Origin: Nitrospirota bacterium
Lineage (GTDB): Bacteria > Nitrospirota > UBA9217
DNA: 64,000 bases
Direction: 5' to 3'
Assembly: GCA_963663225.1 (NCBI GenBank)
Contig: OY760142.1
Span: 2,368,001-2,432,000 of the forward strand
The position numbers were made by a program, and so were the translations under genes. The notes under the pieces were generated by a model. It was given only the letters and a program-made list of their open reading frames with translations. It had not been told where the DNA came from and did not search any database. Every line of letters starts with the position of its first letter. Position 1 is the stretch's first letter. Shown here piece by piece: positions 21,322 to 30,235 of this stretch.

Positions 21322-22586
21322 CGTTTACGACCCTTGGCTGCAAAATAAATCAGGTAGAAACCGATTTGCTGCGCAGAAATTTCGAAGCGCGTGGGGACAG
21401 CATTGTTCCGTTCAGTGCAGATGCTGATGTTTATGTCATCAACACCTGCTCGGTGACGGCAAAGAGTGATTATCAGTGCAGGCAGGCGATACGGTCCGCT
21501 GTCCGTAGGAAACGGGGGGCCAAGGTTGTTGTTACAGGCTGCTATGCCGAGCTTCGGCCGGAGGAAATAAAAAACCTCGGCGGTGTTGATTTTGTGTTCG
21601 GTGCCAGAGAAAAAAACAAAATACCACATCTTTTTCCGACTTTTCCCGGTGCTTCTTCTCTTTCATGCCCACACAGCGCAGACGCAAATAGTATAAAAAC
21701 AACCAGCAGCAGAACACGCGGATTTCTGAAGATCCAGGATGGCTGTAACGATCAATGTTCATACTGCGTTGTCCCTCTCGCTCGGGGAGCTTCGCGCAGT
21801 GTTCCCGTGCAGGAGGTCATGTGCGAATTTGAACGACTGATACAGTCAGGCTGTCCGGAAATCGTTTTAACCGGAATTCATATCGGGACATACGGTCTGG
21901 ATCTTGCTGAAACGACGAACATTATAGTACTGCTTAAGCAACTTTTGGAGAAACGGGGCGGATCTCGGATACGACTGAGTTCCATTGAGCTGGGAGAAAT
22001 TACTGATGAACTGCTTGCGTTCCTCGGCAAGGGATTGTGCAGACATCTGCATATACCGCTCCAAAGCGGAGATGATGCAATTCTGAAGTCAATGAACAGA
22101 AAATATACGTCCGGCATGTATCAGAAACTGCTCGATGATATCGTCCTGCAAGCTCCCGGAACAGCTCTGGGCGCCGATGTCATGGTCGGCTTTCCCGGAG
22201 AAGGGAAGTTGGAATTTCAGAATACCATGCTATTGATAGAACAATCTGCTTTGACGCATCTGCACGTCTTCAGCTATTCTCCTCGTCCGGGAACCATAGC
22301 TGCGACTATGGAAGGACAGGTGCCGGAGAGTACAAAAAAAGTACGAAACAGGGAACTGCGCAAGCTTGCAGATGAAAAAAACTTATCTTTCAGAAAAAAA
22401 CACGTTGGAGTGGAAGCAACCGTTGTGATTGAGGCCAAGAAGAATAAATCAGGCTTATTGACTGGATTGACGGATAATTACATAAGACTCAGCATTTACG
22501 ATGCGAAAAAAGAGCATATAGGCAGGATTGTGAGAGCAAAAATTACCGGTGTTGAAGAACGTGAAAATTACGCTACAATTATCTAA
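21312..22586 (+). CDS. mtaB: tRNA threonylcarbamoyladenosine methylthiotransferase
   Basis: TLGCKINQ, NTCSVT, KIQDGCNDQCSYC, RLSSIE, HVFSYSPRPGT, TDNY. Confidence 0.9.
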   Translation: MRIAFTTLGCKINQVETDLLRRNFEARGDSIVPFSADADVYVINTCSVTAKSDYQCRQAIRSAVRRKRGAKVVVTGCYAELRPEEIKNLGGVDFVFGAREKNKIPHLFPTFPGASSLSCPHSADANSIKTTSSRTRGFLKIQDGCNDQCSYCVVPLARGASRSVPVQEVMCEFERLIQSGCPEIVLTGIHIGTYGLDLAETTNIIVLLKQLLEKRGGSRIRLSSIELGEITDELLAFLGKGLCRHLHIPLQSGDDAILKSMNRKYTSGMYQKLLDDIVLQAPGTALGADVMVGFPGEGKLEFQNTMLLIEQSALTHLHVFSYSPRPGTIAATMEGQVPESTKKVRNRELRKLADEKNLSFRKKHVGVEATVVIEAKKNKSGLLTGLTDNYIRLSIYDAKKEHIGRIVRAKITGVEERENYATII

Positions 22587-22832
22587 CTATTTATAAACAT
22601 TGATATTTATGTGCTTATTTTTTAGGCAATTTGCATTTTCTTTGCAAAGACTGCACATAAAAAAGACGAATCCACAAGGTTAGTAACATGTTATTCACAG
22701 TAATTGTGTAAAGAGTGTACAAACTGTTAGTTAATAAAAGTTTTTCCGCGTTTCCTAATAGTTGCATAAAATAACAAATGCATTTTCTTGCACTACACGC
22801 GTGCAATTTTTCACAAATTTTGTTCAAATGAG

Positions 22833-23918
22833 TTATAGCGGCGAAATGTTTTCCCTTTTTAAAATATTGTATGTTGTGTCGCGATGTGCCGCTTCATAGC
22901 CGGCATCTTTTATCAAGTTCACGATTTCCTGCCTCGTCATTCTGAAGGTGATACCTGCCGCAGCTACAACATTTTCCTCAATCATGGTACTGCCGAAATC
23001 ATTTGCTCCGAATTCAAGAGCGACCTGCGCTATTTTTGCGCCTTGAGTCACCCATGATGCCTGTATATTGTCAAAATTGTCCAGCAGAATGCGCGACAGG
23101 GCGAGCACCTTTAAATATTCTACGGCGGTCGCGGTCCGTCCTCCGAGTTTTGTGTTCCCCGGCTGATACGTCCAGGGAATGAACGCAGTAAAACCGTGCG
23201 TGTCATCCTGAATGTCCCGCAGCCTTATCAGGTGTTCGACGATATCTTTTTCGGTTTCCAGACTTCCAAACATCATGGTCGCCGACGTGGGCATCCCGAG
23301 TTTATGGGCTTCCCGCATGACATCGGCCCATTGCCGCCAGCGGATCTTGTTCGGGCTGATTTTTTCCCGAACTCTGTCAACCAGAATTTCCGCACCGCCG
23401 CCAGGAATCGAATCCAGTCCTGCAGCTTGCAAGCGTTTGAGGACATCGGCTATGCCGATATTTTCCTTCTGGGAGATAAACGAAATTTCCGAAGGTGAGA
23501 GTGAATGTATCTGGATTGAAAACCGGTCTTTGATCGATGAAAACAGCTTCTCAAAGTATTCTATTCCGAGATCGGGATGCACGCCTCCCTGCATGAGAAT
23601 TTGCGTGCCGCCCTGATTGATTGTTTCTTCTATTTTTTTGAAAATTTGTTCCGCGGAGAGAATATAGGCGTCGGGACTGCCCGGTTCCCGGTAAAATGCG
23701 CAAAAGGCGCACTTGTTCACACACACATTGGTATAGTTGATGTTCCGGTCGACGATGAAGGTCACCAGCCGTTCCGGATGCAGCTGTTTCCGTACGCCGT
23801 TCGCAGCCATTCCCAATGTCAGGAGGTCGGCCTGTGTGAGCAGACGCAAACCATCGTCAGCGGTGAGACGCTTCCCTTGTAATATTTTTGTTGTTATTTT
23901 TTTTATGCTTGCGTTCAT
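22833..23918 (-). CDS. mqnC: Cyclic dehypoxanthinyl futalosine synthase
   Basis: DRNINYTNVCVNKCAFCAF, LMQGG, IQASWVTQG, GANDFGSTMIEENVV. Confidence 0.92.
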   Translation of the reverse strand: MNASIKKITTKILQGKRLTADDGLRLLTQADLLTLGMAANGVRKQLHPERLVTFIVDRNINYTNVCVNKCAFCAFYREPGSPDAYILSAEQIFKKIEETINQGGTQILMQGGVHPDLGIEYFEKLFSSIKDRFSIQIHSLSPSEISFISQKENIGIADVLKRLQAAGLDSIPGGGAEILVDRVREKISPNKIRWRQWADVMREAHKLGMPTSATMMFGSLETEKDIVEHLIRLRDIQDDTHGFTAFIPWTYQPGNTKLGGRTATAVEYLKVLALSRILLDNFDNIQASWVTQGAKIAQVALEFGANDFGSTMIEENVVAAAGITFRMTRQEIVNLIKDAGYEAAHRDTTYNILKRENISPL

Positions 23919-23938
23919 GGGCGGCTACAATAACATCC

Positions 23939-25012
23939 TTATTTCCAGACCTGTACCACGTTATAGACCGTATCTCTTTCCACCGGAATGCGGTCTGCCT
24001 GTTTTATCAAGTGGAGGATTTCGTCCTTGGTCAAGCTGCCGTCTGTTGTGCCGCCCGCCGCTTTTGCGATGCGCTCTTCCACAACGGTTCCATCGAGATC
24101 GTCAACACCGAAGCTGAGCGATACCTGCGCGATTTTTTCTCCCAGCATAATCCAGTACGCCTTGATATGATCGAAATTGTCGAGCATTAGTCGGGAAACT
24201 GCGAGGGTCTTGAGATCGTCGAATCCGGTGGTGTAAACGCTTTTTTTGATTTCCGAATTCCGGGGTTGAAAACTCAAAGGAATGAATGCCTGGAAACCGC
24301 CGGTTCTGTCCTGAAGATCGCGGAGCTTGATAAGGTGATCGATTCGGTGTTCATAGGTTTCTATATGTCCGTACAGCATCGTTGCGTTGGTTTTGAGCCC
24401 GGCACGATGCGCGGTTTTTATCACTTCAAGCCATCGTTTTCCGGTGACTTTCTCAGCGCAGAGCGTATTGCGTACCGCAGGATCGAAGATTTCCGCCCCG
24501 CCTCCGGGCATTGAACCAAGCCCGGCTTCTTTTAACTTTTGGAGAGTATTTTTAAGATTCAGTCCTGATATGCTTGATAGATAATCGATTTCAACGGCGG
24601 TAAAGGCTTTTAAGTGTATTTTGGGGAATTCCCGTTTCAGGGTACGGAGCATGTCCAGATACCACTCGAAGGGGAGATCGGGATGCAGGCCGGAAACGAT
24701 ATGAAATTCCCGTATTTTTTTATGTGCGCTGCGCGCCTTGTTCAGGATGTCCTGCAGAGTCATCTCATACGCGCCGGGTTCGCCCTTGGTTTTGCTGAAT
24801 GCACAGAATTTGCAGCGATTAACGCAAATGTTCGTTGGATTGATATGCATGTTGCGGACAAAATAGACATTGTCGCCGTTTTTTTTGTGAGCAACATGCG
24901 AGGCCATGCGGCCGAGTGAAAGGATATCATTTGATTTGAACAGTTCTATCCCGTCTTTTCGGGTCAGACGTTTATTGGAAAAAACTTTTTTTTTGATTTG
25001 TTCTATCGACAT
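23939..25012 (-). CDS. mqnE: Aminofutalosine synthase
   Basis: HINPTNICVNRCKFCAF, HLKAFTAVEI, HIKAYWIM, DLDGTVVEE. Confidence 0.92.
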   Translation of the reverse strand: MSIEQIKKKVFSNKRLTRKDGIELFKSNDILSLGRMASHVAHKKNGDNVYFVRNMHINPTNICVNRCKFCAFSKTKGEPGAYEMTLQDILNKARSAHKKIREFHIVSGLHPDLPFEWYLDMLRTLKREFPKIHLKAFTAVEIDYLSSISGLNLKNTLQKLKEAGLGSMPGGGAEIFDPAVRNTLCAEKVTGKRWLEVIKTAHRAGLKTNATMLYGHIETYEHRIDHLIKLRDLQDRTGGFQAFIPLSFQPRNSEIKKSVYTTGFDDLKTLAVSRLMLDNFDHIKAYWIMLGEKIAQVSLSFGVDDLDGTVVEERIAKAAGGTTDGSLTKDEILHLIKQADRIPVERDTVYNVVQVWK

Positions 25013-25072
25013 GTCCTATATCGCGATGTTTAAAAACAGGATTACGAGCAGTTATCAGGGATTATATATCAT

Positions 25073-26290
25073 TCATCGTGCATCAAGGATAATCTTTCCG
25101 TTGACGATGTTCATAATACAGCTTTTTGTTTCTCTGAGCAAGTCGGAATAGAGGTCTCCTGTGTCTTTCTTGGGAAGAGGAACAGCGATGAGGTCCGCCT
25201 TTTTCCCCGGCTCAAGAATTCCTATTTCCTTGTCCATCCCCAGTGCTTTTGCGCCCCCACTTGTCGCGAGCGAGAAAATGGTTTTTGGCGTTATGCCGTC
25301 TTTTTTGTGGATTTTATAAGCGTACCGCATTTCGTCCCACAGATTCAGGCTTGGTGAACTGGCCAGACTGTCTGTGCCGAGCCCCACGGTAATACCTGCG
25401 TTCAGAAATTTTTTAAGCGGCATTCTGCCCACGCGGAGTTCCCGATTGCTCCGGGGGCAGTGGGCGACGGCTGTTCCTGTTCTTCTTATCAAGCTGATGT
25501 CCGAGTCTGCTATTTGAACGGCATGAACAGCCAGAAAATCAGGAGAGAAAATTCCGAGATCATTCAGATATTCGAACGATGATGTTCCCGTTGGCGCCCA
25601 GTCAAGGTTCCAATTGGCGAATTGGTAAAGTTTTTCTAAGCTGTTTCTCTTTCGTTGAAGCAAACGGATTTCATCCTTCGACTCTGCCACATGCATGCAA
25701 AGTTTCAGTTTATGTTTCTCTGTAGTCTTTTTAATGTGATTAAGAACTTGTTCTGAGACAGTGTATGGCGAATGAGGGGACAGACCATGCTGAATCCGAC
25801 CGGTATTTTTTATTGACCGTAACGCGCGGAGTTTTTGATCTTTGTGTTTTGTGTCCATTGCAATGATCTCGTGATAGATGAGGGACCGCAGACCGCTTTG
25901 TTTAAGCAGGGAAGGACTTTCACCATGCGTACAAATTTCACCTACGGTGGTTGTGCCAGAAGTGATAATTGATTTAATATTCTCTTGCGCGGCGAAAGAG
26001 TAATCTTTGTTTGTCAGATTCCTTTTTGCAATGATGAGATTTAAAATCCAGTCGGAAAATTTTTTTGCCTGCTTTATATCCAGAAGAGGAGGCAATTCAA
26101 GGTGTGTGTGGAGATTAATCAGGCCGGGCAGAAGGACCGTTTTTTTTATGTGATGAATCCGGTGTCCCGGAAATTTTTTAATTATTTCAGACAATGATCC
26201 GACGGCTAATATGGTTCCAGTATAAACAGCCACAGCGCCGTTATGTATGATTTTGGTACCAGAAATTATGACGGAGGAGGTAACTATCAT
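25073..26290 (-). CDS. Amidohydrolase, likely aminodeoxyfutalosine deaminase
   Basis: NLHTHLEL, SPHSPY, HVAES..E, HCPRSN, GTDS; first gene of the mqnE-mqnC unit. Start set at ATG 26290 because the promoter overlaps ATG 26314. Confidence 0.75.
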   Translation of the reverse strand: MIVTSSVIISGTKIIHNGAVAVYTGTILAVGSLSEIIKKFPGHRIHHIKKTVLLPGLINLHTHLELPPLLDIKQAKKFSDWILNLIIAKRNLTNKDYSFAAQENIKSIITSGTTTVGEICTHGESPSLLKQSGLRSLIYHEIIAMDTKHKDQKLRALRSIKNTGRIQHGLSPHSPYTVSEQVLNHIKKTTEKHKLKLCMHVAESKDEIRLLQRKRNSLEKLYQFANWNLDWAPTGTSSFEYLNDLGIFSPDFLAVHAVQIADSDISLIRRTGTAVAHCPRSNRELRVGRMPLKKFLNAGITVGLGTDSLASSPSLNLWDEMRYAYKIHKKDGITPKTIFSLATSGGAKALGMDKEIGILEPGKKADLIAVPLPKKDTGDLYSDLLRETKSCIMNIVNGKIILDAR

Positions 26291-26304
26291 AATATTAATG
26301 AATG

Positions 26305-26333
26305 ATGCTACCATTAGGCAAACATTCTGTCAA
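26305..26333 (-). promoter_or_regulatory. sigma70-type promoter of the futalosine operon
   Basis: Minus strand TTGACA-17 nt-TAGCAT. Confidence 0.6.
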
Positions 26334-26345
26334 GAATGGTTAGAT

Positions 26346-26360
26346 TGACATATTTTGTCA
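26346..26360. promoter_or_regulatory. Palindromic candidate enhancer (PilR-like activator site) upstream of pilA
   Basis: TGACA-N5-TGTCA about 75 nt upstream of the sigma54 -24 element. Confidence 0.5.
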
Positions 26361-26432
26361 CTGCAAACTGACAAACGCAGGTATTTTGACGTGTAAATCA
26401 TATTTAACATATTGAAAAGTAATATAAATTAT

Positions 26433-26449
26433 TTGGCATATATTCTGCA
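26433..26449 (+). promoter_or_regulatory. sigma54 promoter of pilA
   Basis: TTGGCATATATTCTGCA with GG at 26435-26436 and GC at 26447-26448 (exact -24/-12 spacing). Confidence 0.8.
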
Positions 26450-26580
26450 ATATTTGTATCAGTTTTTTCGAGGCCATTGAAAGGAGGTGAAATCCCATAA
26501 AGGCCTAAGAATTTTGCTTCAATAATTTAACCAAGCACTCAGTGATAATCTTATTAACTAATTCTATGGGAGGAAAAAGA

Positions 26581-27201
26581 ATGAAGCTGAATAAAAAAGG
26601 TTTTACCCTGATCGAGTTGTTGATTGTCGTGGCCATCATCGCCATTCTGGCGGCCATCGCCATCCCGCAGTTCAGCGCTTATCGTATCAAAGGTTACAAC
26701 GCGGCTGCTACTGCAGACTTGCGCAATGCGCGTACTGCTGAAGAGTCTTTCTTCTCTGACTGGCAGGTATATTCTTCCAGTGCTGCCGCAGGAGCGCCGG
26801 GCGTAGGTCTTGTATTAACCAACACAGCAAATAATACAGGTGCAATCGCTGCAGGTGGTATTGCTGGCGCCCCTACAAATGCTCCGAGTGCTGCCATACC
26901 CGCTCCTGGTTTCCAAATTGGTGTTTCTCAGAACGTTGGTGTTGTAATCAGCACTTCCGCTAATGGCGGTACTTTTACGATTGCATCGAAGAACCAGGCT
27001 GGTGACAGATGCTTTGGCGCGGACTCGGATTTCACTCCTGTTTATTGGGTTAACGCCCAAGTTGGTAACTCAATGCTCGCTGCCGCTAATACGGCTGCAG
27101 TTGCAAGCACGACCACGAGTGATTTCGCAGGCATAGCTGGTGTTGCACCTTGCAATGGACTCACTGGTGGCACTGGTCAACTTAGCTGGGTATCCTTGTA
27201 A
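26581..27201 (+). CDS. pilA: Type IVa major pilin (Geobacter-like N-terminus plus globular domain)
   Basis: KKG/FTLIELLIVVAIIAILAAIAIPQFSAYR with Glu5; GGGAGG SD; two Cys; followed by a terminator. Confidence 0.93.
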   Translation: MKLNKKGFTLIELLIVVAIIAILAAIAIPQFSAYRIKGYNAAATADLRNARTAEESFFSDWQVYSSSAAAGAPGVGLVLTNTANNTGAIAAGGIAGAPTNAPSAAIPAPGFQIGVSQNVGVVISTSANGGTFTIASKNQAGDRCFGADSDFTPVYWVNAQVGNSMLAAANTAAVASTTTSDFAGIAGVAPCNGLTGGTGQLSWVSL

Positions 27202-27232
27202 AATCAAGTCAAGTGATACAACCGTCTTTTCG

Positions 27233-27260
27233 AAGGCCGGGATTCATTCCCGGCCTTTTT
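27233..27260 (+). terminator. Intrinsic terminator after pilA
   Basis: AAGGCCGGGA-TTCAT-TCCCGGCCTT followed by a T run. Confidence 0.85.
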
Positions 27261-27261
27261 C

Positions 27262-27290
27262 TTGACAACGTTTAATGCATACTATATAAT
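27262..27290 (+). promoter_or_regulatory. Consensus sigma70 promoter of the ABC/TPR genes
   Basis: TTGACA-17 nt-TATAAT, a perfect match. Confidence 0.8.
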
Positions 27291-27373
27291 TTTTCAATTT
27301 TGAAAAGTAGTTATATATTCTATTCTTACAGTATTTCCATCCCTCAAATCTTAAAAATTATGGATACCAGCAT

Positions 27374-28114
27374 ATGATTGCTATTCAAGGAATATCGAAA
27401 GAGTTCAAAGAAGGCATTACTGGAAAAAGAATCAAAGCTTTGGAAGGACTTGACCTTGAAATCGTGCGGGGAGAAGTATTTGGTTTTCTCGGCCCGAATG
27501 GAGCAGGAAAATCAACAACAATCAAGATTCTTATGAATCTAATTTTTTCCGACACGGGAAAAGCTGAAATCGGGGGCAGGGATGTTCGTGATACAAGCGC
27601 CCGGAAACTGGTCGGCTACCTTCCGGAAAATCCTTATTTTTATGATTATCTTACCACGGAAGAATTGCTCTGGTTCGGAGGCAGGACGGCGGGTATGGGT
27701 ACAAAGAGCATCAAAGAACGCGCGGATGCTCTAATCAGCAAAGTGAATTTGCAAAACGCACGCAAAAGGCCGCTCAGGACCTATTCAAAAGGGATGGTGC
27801 AACGCGCGGGGCTTGCGCTTGCGCTCATCCATAACCCGGAGGTTATCATACTCGACGAACCCATGAGCGGTCTCGATCCTGTCGGCAGGAAAATGGTGGG
27901 CGATCTGATTCTTGAGCTGAAGGAGCAGGGCAAAACCGTCTTTTTTTCTTCTCATATTCTGAACGACATTGAGCGGTTCAGCGATCGCGCGGGGATCATC
28001 ATTAATGGCAGACTTACGCTGGTTGATACGCTCGCCAAACTTCTTTCTGAAAATAGAAATCTGGAGGACGTTTTCATGCGGGAAGTAGCGTCTGCGGGAG
28101 GTGCGGCAGCATGA
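27374..28114 (+). CDS. ABC transporter ATP-binding protein (Myxococcus PilH / Geobacter Xap-like)
   Basis: GPNGAGKST, YSKGMVQR, LDEP, SSH; directly after pilA. Confidence 0.9.
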   Translation: MIAIQGISKEFKEGITGKRIKALEGLDLEIVRGEVFGFLGPNGAGKSTTIKILMNLIFSDTGKAEIGGRDVRDTSARKLVGYLPENPYFYDYLTTEELLWFGGRTAGMGTKSIKERADALISKVNLQNARKRPLRTYSKGMVQRAGLALALIHNPEVIILDEPMSGLDPVGRKMVGDLILELKEQGKTVFFSSHILNDIERFSDRAGIIINGRLTLVDTLAKLLSENRNLEDVFMREVASAGGAAA

Positions 28115-28926
28115 ACTCACTCTGGCCTGTCGCACTCATAACATTTAAGGAAGGCATCAGAAACAGGGCAATCTACGGGATAACGCTGTTCGCGCTTCTG
28201 CTTTTTGGCGCAACTGCACTGGTTGCCACCATGATCCCAAGAGAAGTCGGCAAAGTTGCCGTGGACATGGCGCTCTCCACGATTTCTTTTACCGGTTTGC
28301 TTCTTGTTCTCTTTGTCGGGATCAACCTTATGGCAAAGGACCTTGACAAGCGGACAATTTATACTGTTCTTTCCCGGCCTATTTCCCGACCAATGTACAT
28401 TATTGGGAAATTCTTCGGCATGGCCCTTCTTATTATGGTAACGATGAGCGTGCTCAGCGTGCTGGCCATGGCGGCAATAATTTTCATGAAAGCATCCATT
28501 GCCGAGTATTTCACCCGCTTCTCCTGGTCATTGATAGCACTTTCGGTATGTTTGACGATTCTGATGCTCATCTTGCTCTCCGCGGTTTCCTTTCTCTTTG
28601 CTTCGTTCACCTCGACATCATTTGTTACGTTGGTTTTGACCATTATTACATATATCATCGGCCAGTCAATCACCGGCGTAAAAGCGCTGGTGGAGTCCTC
28701 TTCTCAGACGTTGGGGTTCGGAGTTTCTTCTGTGACGGTAAAAATGGTGCAGGCAGCCTATTATCTTTTTCCGAATCTATCACTTTTCAATATCAAACTT
28801 CAGGCAGCTCATGATCTCCCCGTATCAACATCGTATGTTGTCTGGACCGTCTTGTATGGTATTGTTTATATCGTGTTGGCAATAACGTTGGCGGCTCTTT
28901 TCTTCAGAAAGAAGGAATTCCCGTGA
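28111..28926 (+). CDS. ABC-2 type permease (PilI-like)
   Basis: About 6 TM segments, TFKEGIR, KRTIYTVLSRP, GKF.G, C-terminal F.KKEF. Confidence 0.85.
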   Translation: MNSLWPVALITFKEGIRNRAIYGITLFALLLFGATALVATMIPREVGKVAVDMALSTISFTGLLLVLFVGINLMAKDLDKRTIYTVLSRPISRPMYIIGKFFGMALLIMVTMSVLSVLAMAAIIFMKASIAEYFTRFSWSLIALSVCLTILMLILLSAVSFLFASFTSTSFVTLVLTIITYIIGQSITGVKALVESSSQTLGFGVSSVTVKMVQAAYYLFPNLSLFNIKLQAAHDLPVSTSYVVWTVLYGIVYIVLAITLAALFFRKKEFP

Positions 28927-29810
28927 AACGCTGGTTTTATATCGCTGTTTTTCTTTTTATTGCTGCTATTCTTCATGTCTTTTCTCTTGGGAAAGCGGCT
29001 GACGCAATGAAACAACTGCCGCAGGGAGATGAACATGCTTTTGTTCTGCCAGCGCCGATTTTAAAAATTGCAAGTCTCGAGTTCCAGGGGCTTACATCAG
29101 ACGTGCTCTTTCTCAAAGCAATGGTTTTCATGGGCGGAACTTTTGACCGGAAAGAAAAACCGAGAATAAAGGACTGGGAATGGGTTTGGATGGAAAAGGT
29201 TCTGGACACTGCTACGGAACTGGATCCTTATTTTTTTGATCCTTATTATTTTGCAAACGCTTTTTTTACCTGGGACGCAGGAAAGGTGGATGAGACAAAC
29301 CGCATTCTTGAAAAGGGAAGCCGTTACCGGGACTGGGACTGGATGCTGCCTTTTTATATAGGTTTTAACAGTTTTTTTTTCCTGCAAGAAGATGAGAAAG
29401 CGGCAACGTTTCTGTATGAGGCTTCACGCCGGCCCGGAGGAGATCCACGGCTGGGCAGTTTGGCATCACGGTTTGCTTTTAAAGGCAACAGAACAGAGAC
29501 TGCCATTCTCTTCCTTGAAGAAATAGCTGATAAAACGAGTGACTACAGACTAAAAAAGCAATACGAAACCCGTATACGGGCCCTGCGTTCGATACTAGTT
29601 CTGGAAACAGCCGTTGTCACATATAAAAAGAAATTTGGCAAAAACCCATTGAAAATTGATGATCTGGTGGATCGGAACATCCTGAAGCGACTGCCTCAGG
29701 ATCCCTATGGCGGCACATACTATATAGCGCAGAACGGCATGGTCAAAAGCACCAATGTTTCTGAAATTGAACCTTATTTTTCACCCCTCCAGAAACGCAT
29801 GCGTCAGTAA
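28923..29810 (+). CDS. Membrane-anchored helical-repeat protein (PilG/XapA-like)
   Basis: N-terminal TM, ATELDPYF..PY, W.LPFY.GF, C-terminal DPYGG.Y; position after pilA and the ABC genes. Confidence 0.7.
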   Translation: MKRWFYIAVFLFIAAILHVFSLGKAADAMKQLPQGDEHAFVLPAPILKIASLEFQGLTSDVLFLKAMVFMGGTFDRKEKPRIKDWEWVWMEKVLDTATELDPYFFDPYYFANAFFTWDAGKVDETNRILEKGSRYRDWDWMLPFYIGFNSFFFLQEDEKAATFLYEASRRPGGDPRLGSLASRFAFKGNRTETAILFLEEIADKTSDYRLKKQYETRIRALRSILVLETAVVTYKKKFGKNPLKIDDLVDRNILKRLPQDPYGGTYYIAQNGMVKSTNVSEIEPYFSPLQKRMRQ

Positions 29811-29812
29811 AT

Positions 29813-30235
29813 TCAGTTTTTTCTTCTTCGTTCCTCATGCCTGATATCAAGCTTCTTTAATTGTTCAATTCTCTTGTTCTGGTCGTTCAGCGCTTTCAAA
29901 ACCGCTATCCAGTTTTGTGCTTCCGCACTTCTTTTGTCGTTGGGATACAGTTTGACAAATGCTTCAAACTCATGGAAAGCCTGCGCGTAGTCTTTTTGCG
30001 AGTTATCGGCGGCCACGAGGGTCATTGCCAGTCCATAGCGGGCATCTGAGGCATAGAACGAGTCAGGGGCCTCCTGAAGGAATTCACGGTATGCAACAGC
30101 TGCATTTGAGTATTGTTTTTTCTTCAAATAATTGTCCGCGGCAGATATGCTCCTTGTTCCGGAGAGGACAGCGCAGGATGAAAGTGTTATTATAACAAAG
30201 TATGTGACCGCGATTGCAAGGAACTCCCGCTTCAT
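29813..30235 (-). CDS. TPR (BamD-like) lipoprotein with C-terminal coiled coil
   Basis: Lipobox LSS/C; TPR-like helices; tail RIEQLKKLDIRHEERRR; overlaps the stop of the cyclase gene. Confidence 0.7.
   Translation of the reverse strand: MKREFLAIAVTYFVIITLSSCAVLSGTRSISAADNYLKKKQYSNAAVAYREFLQEAPDSFYASDARYGLAMTLVAADNSQKDYAQAFHEFEAFVKLYPNDKRSAEAQNWIAVLKALNDQNKRIEQLKKLDIRHEERRRKN

Noticed and set aside
22615-22827. 70-aa ORF on the minus strand
   Set aside because: No SD, no recognisable motif, AT-rich intergenic DNA; more likely non-coding.
26581-27201. Electrically conductive e-pilin
   Set aside because: The key N-terminal aromatics are present, but I count only 16 aromatics in 199 mature residues (about 8%) and a 46-residue aromatic-free gap. 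No cytochrome genes are nearby.
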